From a virus (Duplodnaviria > Caudoviricetes): 39,567 nucleotides of DNA. The position numbers were made by a program, and so were the translations under genes. Below, one piece after another: positions 25,936 to 35,314 of this stretch. The stretch is taken from positions 1 through 39,567 of IMG/VR virus record IMGVR_UViG_3300049182_000081; one strand, written 5' to 3'. The notes below the pieces were generated by a model. It was given only the letters and a program-made list of their open reading frames with translations. It ran no database searches and was not told the origin of the DNA. How positions within the stretch are numbered: position 1 is the first letter of the stretch; every line of letters begins with the position of its first letter.

Positions 25936-26474
25936 TAGCGCAGCCCTTGCCGCTTGAGGTTGGCCAGCACGGCGCGCAGGGCTTCCTTGCCCGCTTCGCT
26001 TTCATGGTCAGCGTCGATCGCGTCCCAATCAATCGCGGGATCAGCCATCAGCTTTGCAGCCGCCGCATCCGCATCGGCGCGGGTTGCGAAGTTCTGGTGG
26101 ATCATGCCGCCGCTGGCAATGTGGGTAATCTGATAGGGCAGGAAACGCTTGCCTTCGCTCCAGGTGCAATGGTGCGCCGAATAGAAGAAGGTTTCCCCGT
26201 CCAGCGTATCGTCCCCAAAGCCGTCCTCGACCCCCAGCAAACGCGGGTGCGTTACAAGGGAGCCATGCACCTTGCTCTTGTCCTTGGGCAGTTCGACCGT
26301 GGGCCATTGCATCGCGCCTCGCGGCAGATGCATCAGGCGCAGGATCAGGCCCATGCCAAGCGCAGTTGGCTTGGGGGTCTTGTTCAAGCGGGCGCGGATC
26401 GCTTGCCGCGCCTCAAAGCTGGGGGCGTTGCGCAGCGCGGAATTGTGCTGTGCGGATGTACTCTGATATGTCAT
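25935..26474 (-). CDS. Hypothetical early protein (179 aa, MTYQSTSAQ...)
   Basis: GGAAGGG RBS; first gene after the predicted promoter. Confidence 0.7.
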   Translation of the reverse strand: MTYQSTSAQHNSALRNAPSFEARQAIRARLNKTPKPTALGMGLILRLMHLPRGAMQWPTVELPKDKSKVHGSLVTHPRLLGVEDGFGDDTLDGETFFYSAHHCTWSEGKRFLPYQITHIASGGMIHQNFATRADADAAAAKLMADPAIDWDAIDADHESEAGKEALRAVLANLKRQGLR

Positions 26475-26503
26475 GTTGTTCACCCTTCCTAAAGTGAGCC
26501 GCC

Positions 26504-26531
26504 AGCATACACACCAGCAAGCCCTAGTCAA
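26504..26531 (-). promoter_or_regulatory. Sigma70-like leftward promoter
   Basis: TTGACT-16 nt-TATGCT, with TG upstream of the -10, in an intergenic gap. Confidence 0.6.
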
Positions 26532-26535
26532 TACA

Positions 26536-27042
26536 CTACAGGTTGCCGAAGCTGGCCCGCATCACAGCCTCGAATGTCTCTTGCGAGATCGGCCTGATCC
26601 CGGTCGCGGGAACAGTCGTGAACCAATACAGCCGCCGGCGCCCCTTCCACATGAAGCCCGCAGCCTCGTCCGCGTTGCGCACCACAGGCACCTTGTAGCG
26701 GGCCAGCTTGCGCGCCATGTCCTCGGGCGTGATACGTGGGGTCTTACCCATCTTGAGCAGCCCGCGGCACACAAGAGGCCATAGGGCGCACAATTCCTCG
26801 GCTGTGTGCCAAGGTGGGGCGCGCACGGGCAGGCGCCCGCCTAGAGCCGCCAGGATGCCCGAGGATTGCGCATCGGGGTTCAAGGCACCTTGCAGCCGCA
26901 AAGGGTCTAGCAGTTCGTCCAGCAGGTTCCTGGACGGGTTCTGGCGGATCGCCAAGGCCAGCCGCTCCACAGCGTTTTCCGGCTTAGGGTTGACCGCCCA
27001 TGCCGGCGGCGCGCGATGCTTGAACCAGTAGCGTTTAGGCAT
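26536..27042 (-). CDS. Hypothetical protein (168 aa, MPKRYWFKH...)
   Basis: ORF fills the gap; overlaps the upstream stop. Confidence 0.65.
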   Translation of the reverse strand: MPKRYWFKHRAPPAWAVNPKPENAVERLALAIRQNPSRNLLDELLDPLRLQGALNPDAQSSGILAALGGRLPVRAPPWHTAEELCALWPLVCRGLLKMGKTPRITPEDMARKLARYKVPVVRNADEAAGFMWKGRRRLYWFTTVPATGIRPISQETFEAVMRASFGNL

Positions 27043-27235
27043 GGCCCAACGCTTCCCGCATGAAAGCCTCACGATCAAAAGCGGGGTCGCTAGCGGCAAG
27101 TTCGGACGCCAGGCCGGTTGCAATGAGGGAAAGCATCTCTCGCCTTCCCTCTCGCGTTTTGACGCACCCCTTGCGCAGATCGAGAACCATGTCCGCTTGC
27201 CACAGGGGGCGCGCCGCTTGCTTAGCATCGATCAT
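27035..27235 (-). CDS. Hypothetical protein (66 aa; ...LA...PAFDREAF..A pattern)
   Basis: GGAGG RBS; ATGA overlap. Confidence 0.65.
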   Translation of the reverse strand: MIDAKQAARPLWQADMVLDLRKGCVKTREGRREMLSLIATGLASELAASDPAFDREAFMREALGHA

Positions 27236-27507
27236 GCCAGCGCCTCCCGAATGGCAGCAGCGCGGGAGCGGGCGCGCACATAGCATACGCCTTCCCTGCC
27301 CTTGCCGCGCTCCCAGACAGCCCACACAGGGCCTTCCTCGCGGGAGAGGCCCCAATAGGCCCCGCCGGGGTCGTATTCGCCCACAGGGCCAGCGCAAGCC
27401 AGCCGCTCGGGCGGGGTTTCAGGGTCGATCGGGATTGAATGCCTGCCCATCGGCGCACCATAGCGGGAGCCAGCCTTGGGCCAAGGGGTGAAGCGTTGCG
27501 AAGTCAT
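27232..27507 (-). CDS. Hypothetical protein (91 aa; YGAPMGR...YDPGGAYWG)
   Basis: Recurrent phage early-protein pattern; ATGA overlaps. Confidence 0.7.
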   Translation of the reverse strand: MTSQRFTPWPKAGSRYGAPMGRHSIPIDPETPPERLACAGPVGEYDPGGAYWGLSREEGPVWAVWERGKGREGVCYVRARSRAAAIREALA

Positions 27508-27583
27508 AGCAGCGACCCCCACACCAGCGCCAAGGCGAAAACCATGACGCAGCAAAAGGCAAATTCGGATCGGGTCATGTCCA

Positions 27584-27796
27584 TTAGCTTTCCCCTTCGG
27601 TTTCGTGGTTGACGCGAAGCCATGCGCCGCAATCCAGCAGGTTTTGCACCTGTCGGGCTTCGCTCTCGGTGAGAGCATCTGCTTCGGGCAAGGGCGCGTA
27701 AATGTCGCTTGCCACGCACAAGCCGCCTTCGGTGCGGATCACGGGCAGGACACGGGCGCCAGGCTCATTCCGGCGGATATAGAAGCGGTTTGCCAT
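27584..27796 (-). CDS. Hypothetical protein (70 aa)
   Basis: AAGGGG RBS; TAATG overlap. Confidence 0.6.
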   Translation of the reverse strand: MANRFYIRRNEPGARVLPVIRTEGGLCVASDIYAPLPEADALTESEARQVQNLLDCGAWLRVNHETEGES

Positions 27797-28092
27797 TAGA
27801 TCACATCCCCTTTCAAGCGCGCAAGCGCGCTCAGATCGTGATACCCGCCTTCACCTTTAGGCGGGTCGCCATAGGTGACGTTATAGACCGGTTTGCGCCC
27901 CTCGAGCCTGACAAGCCAGTAAGTGCGCCCCTTGCGGGTGCAAAGAGCTTTTGGCAGGTCACCCCGCGCGCCAGCATAGCCTGCGCAATAAGTGGCGCGC
28001 ATCAGGTCATCACGCTGCGCGGGTAGTGGCAGGCTGTCGCCATAAAGACGCGAGGCTCGGGCGTCCGAATATCCGATTTCAAAATGGCTCAT
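27796..28092 (-). CDS. Hypothetical protein (MSHFEIGY...)
   Basis: AGGA RBS; gene tiling. Confidence 0.55.
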   Translation of the reverse strand: MSHFEIGYSDARASRLYGDSLPLPAQRDDLMRATYCAGYAGARGDLPKALCTRKGRTYWLVRLEGRKPVYNVTYGDPPKGEGGYHDLSALARLKGDVI

Positions 28093-28228
28093 TAGCTTAC
28101 ATCCTGTTCGTATTGATCGCCGCAAATGCGGCAGGTATAGACCTGGATGGCGCCGGAATAAGGCTCCCGCTTATAGTCGCAAGGGCCGGTGCAAGGCGCG
28201 ATGACGGGTTCGATCGGTTCAGGCATGG

Positions 28229-28480
28229 TTAGACAATCCAATCCGGTTGAAACCCATTGAACAGGAAGTCCCGCGCGTCATCCGCCATTGCCAGCGCCGC
28301 GCGCCCGTCGTCATGTTCGGGAACGTCCGTGTCGATCAGATCGCCGTTTGCGTCAAACTCGAACCAATAATGGCGGGTTGAGCGCAATTCGCTGCAAGGC
28401 CATTGCGCGTTGAAAGCCGCCACATCCTCGCGCGGGACGATAACCTTGCGCGGGTTCCCACTGAAAATATAAAGGGCCAT
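28229..28480 (-). CDS. Hypothetical protein (83 aa)
   Basis: AAGGA RBS; protein-like composition. Confidence 0.7.
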   Translation of the reverse strand: MALYIFSGNPRKVIVPREDVAAFNAQWPCSELRSTRHYWFEFDANGDLIDTDVPEHDDGRAALAMADDARDFLFNGFQPDWIV

Positions 28481-28492
28481 TTTCCTTGCTCC

Positions 28493-28855
28493 CTAGATCA
28501 CGTTGCAGATGGTGAAGCCAGCGGCTTCAATTGCGTTGGGATAGCGGGTGCCGCCATCCCAGCCATCAGCGACAAGCCACAAACGCCGGTGCGCTTCGCT
28601 GGCCAAGGCGTCGCTCGGGTCAGGCGCGTCGGGCAGCTTGCGGATCGCGTCCATAACAGCCGCGCTCCCCTTGTCGTAGCCGTAACCGGTCGCTCGCGCG
28701 GTCGCCATGCCGGTGCCCCACACCTGGACGTAGGCGGTTGCCGCGTTGCCGTACTTAAGGACGATACGGCCAACCGGCTTGCCGTCCAGAAGCAAAGCCT
28801 GCGCAGTCACGTTGCCGAACGAACGGTCAAACTTGGTATAGATGCTCTCGGTCAT
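28493..28855 (-). CDS. Hypothetical protein (120 aa; A.GYGYDK.SAA motif)
   Basis: GGAAGGG RBS; recurrent phage early-gene pattern. Confidence 0.75.
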   Translation of the reverse strand: MTESIYTKFDRSFGNVTAQALLLDGKPVGRIVLKYGNAATAYVQVWGTGMATARATGYGYDKGSAAVMDAIRKLPDAPDPSDALASEAHRRLWLVADGWDGGTRYPNAIEAAGFTICNVI

Positions 28856-29011
28856 GTTCTAGCCCTTCCATTTGCCATTGAACCCCTATGGTCTCTCACA
28901 TAGATTAGAGCCTGTCAACCCCCTAGTCAGTCACGAGACTAGACTAAATTAAACTTTCTCTAGAAGGTCAGTCCCTATCGCCGGAACAAGGCGCAGCAAG
29001 AGACTTGACAG

Positions 29012-29064
29012 TGGTGAGAAGATGCGCTAGGCGCTTCACGCGCCTAGTTAGCATCTTCTCACCA
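29012..29064. repeat. Long interrupted hairpin (14-bp plus 8-bp stems)
   Basis: TGGTGAGAAGATGC/GCATCTTCTCACCA and CTAGGCGC/GCGCCTAG around a TTCAC loop. Confidence 0.8.
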
Positions 29065-29124
29065 GTCGTCTCTCGTGCGCCATTCCTGGCAGATTGAGGA
29101 CAGACTAGGATTGAGAAAGAGGGG

Positions 29125-29179
29125 AAGAAAGAAAAGAAAAAAGTAAGAGGGATCATGCGGTATTATGTTACCGCATGAT
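29125..29179 (-). terminator. Probable intrinsic terminator for leftward transcription
   Basis: 11-bp inverted repeat ATCATGCGGTA/TACCGCATGAT (29152-29179) followed on the minus strand by a T-rich pyrimidine tract. Confidence 0.5.
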
Positions 29180-29319
29180 ACATTGTCACTTGGTTTCGGT
29201 TGTAACCAAGTTTTCGGTTGCGGTTTCCAGCTTCGCGCCGGCATGGCCTAGAAGGCCCAGGACAAGCCAAGAGACTGCCAGCGCGAAAGCCAGGACGGGC
29301 AAGAGGGCGAGAGCGCGGA

Positions 29320-29529
29320 TCATGGCGTAATACCCACTAATTCAGGATAGCAGGCTATGCCTTTGGCGCGGAGCATCCTAGCCGCGGATTGAGCCGCGCC
29401 ATAGTGCCCGAGGCTAAAACCACCTGTTAGGACATAGGGTGCCCAATTGCGGCGCTGATCGCCGTTCCAATAGCGGATATCAGGCACGACAGCCCATTGC
29501 GCGAAGCCTTTGGCGTCATAGCGGTTCAT
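29320..29529 (-). CDS. Hypothetical protein (69 aa)
   Basis: GGAGG upstream; tiling. Confidence 0.55.
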   Translation of the reverse strand: MNRYDAKGFAQWAVVPDIRYWNGDQRRNWAPYVLTGGFSLGHYGAAQSAARMLRAKGIACYPELVGITP

Positions 29530-29532
29530 TGT

Positions 29533-29703
29533 TCAAGCCTCCACAATCTTGAAACTGGCGGTGGTCAGGGTTTTGTCTTTGAAATAGCCGCGCTCCACGT
29601 AGGACGGAATAACTTCGCGCAAATGGCGCTCGGCGCGCTCCAGGCTGTCAAAAATGCCGTGAACGGCAAGCGGGTTGCCAATTTCCACAATCTTGAACGA
29701 CAT
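29533..29703 (-). CDS. Hypothetical protein (56 aa, MSFKIVEIGNP...SFKIVEA)
   Basis: GAAGGGA RBS. Confidence 0.6.
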   Translation of the reverse strand: MSFKIVEIGNPLAVHGIFDSLERAERHLREVIPSYVERGYFKDKTLTTASFKIVEA

Positions 29704-29743
29704 AATTTTATCCCTTCCCTGAAAAATTGAGGCTGTTTGTGCC

Positions 29744-29947
29744 TTAGCGGCTAGGCGAGAGGATCACAGCCAATCCGAAACATTTTGCGAGACCCCCAAT
29801 CACCAGCAATTGCGCCGCGAGGAATTCAGCATCAGTGCGCGGCCAAGTCATATCGGGCGCGATGTCGAATGCTGTATAGAGTGCCGCAAATGCGATAGCG
29901 TAGAGCGCGAGACCAACAATCATCTTTGCCATTTTCCTAATCCTCAT
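29744..29947 (-). CDS. Small two-TM membrane protein
   Basis: Two hydrophobic helices; first gene of the leftward arm; start uncertain. Confidence 0.6.
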   Translation of the reverse strand: MRIRKMAKMIVGLALYAIAFAALYTAFDIAPDMTWPRTDAEFLAAQLLVIGGLAKCFGLAVILSPSR

Positions 29948-29964
29948 TCGGTGTTGATGCGTCT

Positions 29965-29992
29965 AATATATAGACTAGATTGCATAGGTCAA
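29965..29992 (-). promoter_or_regulatory. Sigma70-like leftward early promoter
   Basis: TTGACC-16 nt-TATATT with an AT-rich upstream tract. Confidence 0.6.
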
Positions 29993-30202
29993 CCCCTAAA
30001 ATGAAAAAAGTTTGAGGCAATGCAAATTATTTTGAGCCAAGCTGATAACCCGCGATCAAGCCAAAGGGGACCCGCTCGGTCTAGATCGGAGAGGGAGGGG
30101 GGCGGTTCGGGCCGCGGCCTCGTTGCCGGGCTATGCGCACTCCAAACCCCAAAAGTAATTTTCAAAACGTAGTCTATAGCATACAGCCCCGATTGCAACC
30201 AG

Positions 30203-30232
30203 TTGACACCCACCCCCGCCCCCTGCTACACC
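30203..30232 (+). promoter_or_regulatory. Rightward promoter of the packaging/structural operon
   Basis: TTGACA followed 16 nt later by GCTACACC, upstream of the first + gene. Confidence 0.5.
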
Positions 30233-30253
30233 GTGCGGAGGAAGGACAGACCT

Positions 30254-30442
30254 ATGACCACGACTGCCACCATGAGCAAAGCCCTCGCAGACCGCATCCA
30301 CGACTGCCTGCCCGCTGGCCACCCGCGCAATGCGCCGCTCGCCACCCCCGTCAACATCCCTGCCGCTTTGGCTTCCGACCTGATCCAGCACCTCGACACC
30401 GCGGTGCTCACGGCTGCACCTGCCGATGGCCCGCAAGAATAA
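30254..30442 (+). CDS. Hypothetical protein (62 aa, MTTTATMSK...)
   Basis: GAAGGA RBS. Confidence 0.6.
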   Translation: MTTTATMSKALADRIHDCLPAGHPRNAPLATPVNIPAALASDLIQHLDTAVLTAAPADGPQE

Positions 30443-30785
30443 CCTCGCCACCCCCATCGCCGTTGACACGGAGATGTATGCGAACATCGGGCGCTATGCG
30501 GGCGCTGCGGTGCTGACCGTGTTCGAGCAAATCGGCGGCATCAATCGTATGGCCGAGTGGGCAGACGAGAACCCCGAAGCGTTCTTCACCAAGTCGTTCT
30601 CCAAGATCATCACGGCCCCGAAGCAGGTGGAGCACACTGGCACGGTGCGGATTGAGGACGCCATCCGCGCGCTGGAAGCCGAGGAACACAAGGACTATTC
30701 CTACCTCCCCGCGGCGACCTACGACCCGATCACCAGCGACCTCCCCAGCCCATCCCTAGACGAGATCGACCTTGAGCAGTTCTAA
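30426..30785 (+). CDS. Probable terminase small subunit
   Basis: VFEQIGG...M.EWA.ENP..FF....K......VEHTG; directly upstream of TerL. Confidence 0.7.
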   Translation: MARKNNLATPIAVDTEMYANIGRYAGAAVLTVFEQIGGINRMAEWADENPEAFFTKSFSKIITAPKQVEHTGTVRIEDAIRALEAEEHKDYSYLPAATYDPITSDLPSPSLDEIDLEQF

Positions 30786-32397
30786 CGCTGAACTCCAGGC
30801 TCGGTTGCAGGAACGCCTCAAGGTTTGGCGCGCTGATCTCCCGACCTTTGCGCGGGACTGCCTCAAAATTCTGGACAAGTCAGGGCGCTTAGTCCCCTTC
30901 CAGTTCAATGAGGCGCAGATGCGCTTCCACGATGCGATTGAGCAGCAGCGCGCCGACACCGGCATGGTGCGCATGAGCGTCCTGAAAGGGCGGCGGCAGG
31001 GCATCAGCACCTACGTTGGCGCGCGGTTCTACTGGAAAGCCAGCCTGACCTTTGGCCGTAAGGTCTACATCCTCTCCCACGAGCGCAACTCGTCAGACGC
31101 GCTGTTTGGCATGGTCGAGCGGTTCCACAAGTATAACCCCTTCGCGCCCGAGATTGGCGAGAACAACGCGCGCAAGATGACCTTCCCGAACCTTGAAGGC
31201 TCCTACACCGTGGCGACCGCGGGGAACCAGGAAGGCGGGCGCGGCGACGACATTAACCTCCTCCATGGTTCGGAAGCCGCCTTCTGGCAGAATGCCGAAA
31301 GCCACTTCGCGGCCTCCATCCAGTGTGTCGCCCTTCTCCCAAACACCGAGATCATCCTCGAAAGCACCTCCGGTGGCCCGTCAGGCAAGTTCTTCGAGAC
31401 GTTCCGCGCCGGCGAGAACCGCTCGGGCATCTATCGCTCCATCTTCATCCCGTGGTTCATCCAGCCGGAATACAAATACCCGCCCGAGCCGAACTTTACC
31501 CTCTCGGAAGAAACGCCTGATGAGGATACCCCGTCAGAGGTTGATATCGCCTCCGCCTATGGCCTCAACAACGAGCAGATGGCATGGCGGCGCGTCAAGA
31601 TCGCAGAACTCGGCCTTGCGCGCTTCAACCGCGAATACCCGTCCTGCGCCAACGACGCATGGGCCTCCACCGAGAATGACCACTTCATTTCGCCGGCGTC
31701 TGTGCTGCGCGCCCGTTCCCGCACCACCGAACCCTCTGGCCCGCTCATCATCGGCGTTGACCCTGCGGGCGGCGGGGGTGACAGGTTCGCGGTCGTTTGG
31801 CGGCGAGGCAACGCAGTCACCAAGATCGAGTGGCGGAACAAGATCAACTCGCTCGAAGCGACCGCTTGGCTGCTCGAAATCCTCGAACGCGACAAGCCCG
31901 ACCGCATGAACATCGACAGTGGCAACATCGGGCAGGCCATCATCACGAATTTGCGGGCCACGCGCCCCGATATCACCGAGCCTGTGCGCTCCGTGGCCTT
32001 TGGCTCGCCCTCGCAAGCCAAGATGGCGCAGCGCACCCGCGTCGGGCCTGAAAACCGCCGTGCTGAAATGTGGGGACGCCTCAAGGAATGGATCGAAGAT
32101 CAGGAAGGTTGCGCCGCGATACCCGACATAGACGATCTGTGCGCCGATCTCGTCGCCGTGAAGCCGATCCACCGCACAAACGGGGATTGGCTGCTCATGT
32201 CGAAGGCGGATATGCGCAAGAATGGCACCCGCAGCCCCGATCTTGGCGATGCCTTGGCCCTCACCTTCGCCTCGAAGGAGTTCTTCGCGCCCCGAAACGA
32301 GCCCGTGATACCCATTTCGCAACAGGGAATTGCCCAACCCGCTCCAGCAGTGTATGACAGCGGTAATTTCTCGCAACCCGGTTCTTGGATGGTGTAA
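30772..32397 (+). CDS. terL: Terminase large subunit
   Basis: LKGRRQGIST Walker A, LHGSEAAFW Walker B, EST coupling motif, GVDPA nuclease motif, SPD.GDALALTF. Confidence 0.95.
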   Translation: MSSSNAELQARLQERLKVWRADLPTFARDCLKILDKSGRLVPFQFNEAQMRFHDAIEQQRADTGMVRMSVLKGRRQGISTYVGARFYWKASLTFGRKVYILSHERNSSDALFGMVERFHKYNPFAPEIGENNARKMTFPNLEGSYTVATAGNQEGGRGDDINLLHGSEAAFWQNAESHFAASIQCVALLPNTEIILESTSGGPSGKFFETFRAGENRSGIYRSIFIPWFIQPEYKYPPEPNFTLSEETPDEDTPSEVDIASAYGLNNEQMAWRRVKIAELGLARFNREYPSCANDAWASTENDHFISPASVLRARSRTTEPSGPLIIGVDPAGGGGDRFAVVWRRGNAVTKIEWRNKINSLEATAWLLEILERDKPDRMNIDSGNIGQAIITNLRATRPDITEPVRSVAFGSPSQAKMAQRTRVGPENRRAEMWGRLKEWIEDQEGCAAIPDIDDLCADLVAVKPIHRTNGDWLLMSKADMRKNGTRSPDLGDALALTFASKEFFAPRNEPVIPISQQGIAQPAPAVYDSGNFSQPGSWMV

Positions 32398-34400
32398 TGC
32401 CCACATTGAGCAGCAACAAGCGCGTCCGCAAGCCCGCCATCCCCAAGGGCTACAAGTCGGAAGCCGATTTCCTCAACGAAATGCGCGACAATTACAGCCG
32501 CGCGATCGGCGGGCGTGACGAAAAAGCCAACCGCGAGGCGATGCGCGAGGATATCGAGTTCGTCTTTGGCGAGCAATGGCAACCCGAAGCCCGCAAGCGC
32601 CGCGAACAGGCCCGCAAGCCCGTCCTGACGATCAACCGCCTACCAGCCTACGTGGCGCAGGTGGTGGGCAACCGCTTGCTCAACGAAACCGAAATCCGTG
32701 TCTATCCTGACAACGGCGGCACGAAAGAGGTCGCCCAGCTACGCGAAGCCCTGATCCGTTCGATCTTCAAGAACTCGAACGCCGACCTGGCGCGCGACGA
32801 AGCCCTCAAGTATCAGGTCATCGGCGGCGTGGGCTACTACGCCCTCGAAATCGACTATGCCGCGGACGATGTGTTCGACCAAGAGATCAAACTCAAGCAC
32901 ATCCCCGACCCGTTCTCGGTCGTCATCGACGAAATGTCGGTCGAACCCGATGGCGGCGACGCGCGTTTCGGTTTCGTGACCGAAAGCGTTTCGCGCACGG
33001 TGTTCGAGAAGAAGTTCCCGTGGGCCTCAGTATCCTCGTTCAGCGAGGACTACGAGCAATGGATCAGTGACGAAGCCATTCGGGTCGCAAGCTACTGGCG
33101 GATGGTCGAGGACGGCACAAAAGTGCTCGCCTTGATGGCCAACGGCACTGTCCAGACCTTCTCCACGATGGACGAGGTGATGGTTGCCTACGAAATGGGC
33201 ATGGTGGTTGACCGCGATGGCGCGCCCTATGCCCGCGAAGTGCCCAATCGCTTCGCGCAGATGTATCTGTGCAGCGGACAGGACATTCTCGAAGGCCCGT
33301 ATGACCTCCCCTGTTCCTCAATCCCTGTTTTCCGCGTCCCGGCGTGGGAACTGCGCGATGGCGAGAAATACGTTCGCTGGGGGCTGATCCGCTACCTCAA
33401 AGACCCGCAGCGCCTCCACAACTATTGGCGATCAGTGCAGGCTGAGCAGCTTATCGCCGCGCCGCGTAACAAGTGGGTTGCCACCCGCGAAGCCACCGCC
33501 GGTTTCGAGAAGGAATGGCGCAACAGCGCGATCTCCGACGATCCGTTGCTGAACTACAACGCGGAAGGCGGGATGCCGCAGCGCGTGAACCCGCCGCCGC
33601 TGGATGGCGCGCTCCTGAACGAGAGCAACGTCACCATTCAGGATATGCGGGATGTGTCGAACATCCACGAAGCCGCGATGGGCATGAAGTCCAACGAGGT
33701 TTCGGGCCGCGCGATCCAAGCCCGCCAGCAGATCACCGACCTCGGCACCTTCATTTACCACGATCGCCTGCGCTTGGCCGACGAACGCTGCGCCAAGGTC
33801 ATCAACGAACTGATTTCGACCATCTATGACACCCAGCGCATCGCCAAGATCGTTGGGCCGGATGGCGAAGCCGCGTTGGCGACGCTTAATGACCCGATGA
33901 ACCCGAACACGGATGTTACGCTCGGCAAATACGCCGTCACCGTGTCCACCGGCCCCGCCACCGTCACCAAGCGCGCTCTCGCCGCCGAGCAGATGATGGC
34001 CTTCGTGAACGCCGTGCCGGAAACCGCCGCAATGGTCATGGACTTGGTGGCAGAGGCGCAGGATTGGCCGAAGGCAGACGAGTTCGCCCGTCGCTTCGCC
34101 GCCATGCTGCCGGAGCAGTTGAAGCCCAAGGACGATATGACGCCCGAGGATCAGCAGAAGGCCATGCAGGACGCTGAAATGCAACAAATGCAGATGCAGA
34201 TGGCCATGCAGGACGCACAACTCGAACTCGCCAAGAAGCAGGCCGAGATCGACAAGCTGGAAGCCGAAGCCGAGAAATTGCGGGCCGACGCCGCGCAGTC
34301 GATGGCGAACGGCGAAGCGCGCATCACCGATGTGCAGAGCCGCATCCAGGAACGGGAAATTTCAACCGCACTCGCTATTGATGAAAGGACAGAGCAATGA
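32397..34400 (+). CDS. P22-like portal protein
   Basis: F..GEQW, KP.LTINR, G..R..KDPQR..NY, SG.AI.ARQ, GKY.V.V..GP...T.R, C-terminal coiled-coil barrel. Confidence 0.92.
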   Translation: MPTLSSNKRVRKPAIPKGYKSEADFLNEMRDNYSRAIGGRDEKANREAMREDIEFVFGEQWQPEARKRREQARKPVLTINRLPAYVAQVVGNRLLNETEIRVYPDNGGTKEVAQLREALIRSIFKNSNADLARDEALKYQVIGGVGYYALEIDYAADDVFDQEIKLKHIPDPFSVVIDEMSVEPDGGDARFGFVTESVSRTVFEKKFPWASVSSFSEDYEQWISDEAIRVASYWRMVEDGTKVLALMANGTVQTFSTMDEVMVAYEMGMVVDRDGAPYAREVPNRFAQMYLCSGQDILEGPYDLPCSSIPVFRVPAWELRDGEKYVRWGLIRYLKDPQRLHNYWRSVQAEQLIAAPRNKWVATREATAGFEKEWRNSAISDDPLLNYNAEGGMPQRVNPPPLDGALLNESNVTIQDMRDVSNIHEAAMGMKSNEVSGRAIQARQQITDLGTFIYHDRLRLADERCAKVINELISTIYDTQRIAKIVGPDGEAALATLNDPMNPNTDVTLGKYAVTVSTGPATVTKRALAAEQMMAFVNAVPETAAMVMDLVAEAQDWPKADEFARRFAAMLPEQLKPKDDMTPEDQQKAMQDAEMQQMQMQMAMQDAQLELAKKQAEIDKLEAEAEKLRADAAQSMANGEARITDVQSRIQEREISTALAIDERTEQ

Positions 34401-35308
34401 GCGACACCCAACCGACCGAGGACGACCTGAACGCCGCCGAAATGGCGACTTTCATTGCAGGGGACGGCACCGAGCAGCCTGAACCGGAAACCGAAGCCCC
34501 TGAGGCCGAAGAAGTCGATGAAATCGACGACGAGGAAGCCGAGGACGACCAGCCGGAAGCTGAAAACGACGACGAGGACGAACCCGAGGATCGCAAGCGC
34601 CGCCGATCGGGCGCAGAACGCTACCGCCGCCAGCGCGAGCGGGCCGAAGCCGCCGAACGCCGCGCCTACGAACTCGAAAGCCGTCTCGCTGCGCTGGAGC
34701 GCGGCACCAAGCCCGAACCGGACTTGACGAATGGCCCGATCAATGTCAAAACGGGCGACGTTAAGGAACCCGATCCGGCGAATTACACCTACGGCGACCT
34801 TGACCCGCGGTTCATCGCAGATTTGGCCGATTTCAAGGCCGAACAGAAGATCGCGGTTTTGCGGCAAGAAATGCAGGCCACCGAGCAGCAAAAAGCTGCG
34901 ATCCGAGAGGCCGAGCAGATCAAAGCCCGCGCAGAACAGACGGCGCAAGTCGGCTCCGAACGCTACGCAGACTTCAACGAAGTCGTGATCGAAGGCGCGG
35001 AAGAAGGCGAGTGGCCCCTGACGCAACCCATGCTCGAAGCAGCGTTGGAGTCGGAAAAAGGCGCGGATATCCTCTATTATCTGGCCAGCAACCCCGACGA
35101 AGCCGCCCAAGTCGCCAGCATGAATGTTCGTCAACTCGACCGTTGGATGGGTCGTATGGAAGCGCAGTTTGATCGGCCAGCGCCGCGCAAGGTTTCCAAG
35201 GCTCCCCCTCCGGTAAACTCCGCTCGCGGATCAGGTGGACGCTTCTCCGCCGACCCCGCAACATCTGATTTTGCGGCCTTCGAGAAGATGGCCCGTCAAG
35301 GAAAGTAA
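34397..35308 (+). CDS. Scaffolding protein
   Basis: Acidic N-terminus, coiled coil, G..I.YYLA.NP.EA, SKAPPP; between portal and coat. Confidence 0.85.
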   Translation: MSDTQPTEDDLNAAEMATFIAGDGTEQPEPETEAPEAEEVDEIDDEEAEDDQPEAENDDEDEPEDRKRRRSGAERYRRQRERAEAAERRAYELESRLAALERGTKPEPDLTNGPINVKTGDVKEPDPANYTYGDLDPRFIADLADFKAEQKIAVLRQEMQATEQQKAAIREAEQIKARAEQTAQVGSERYADFNEVVIEGAEEGEWPLTQPMLEAALESEKGADILYYLASNPDEAAQVASMNVRQLDRWMGRMEAQFDRPAPRKVSKAPPPVNSARGSGGRFSADPATSDFAAFEKMARQGK

Positions 35309-35314
35309 GAGATC

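Noticed and set aside
28890-28918. Leftward promoter at TTGACA 28913-28918 as a firm feature
   Set aside because: The -35 is perfect but the -10 at normal spacing (GAGACC) is poor; mentioned only within the non-coding island finding
28856-30253. tRNA gene or att site in the non-coding gaps
   Set aside because: No cloverleaf with a T-loop GTTCRA in a suitable context was recognised, and there is no integrase
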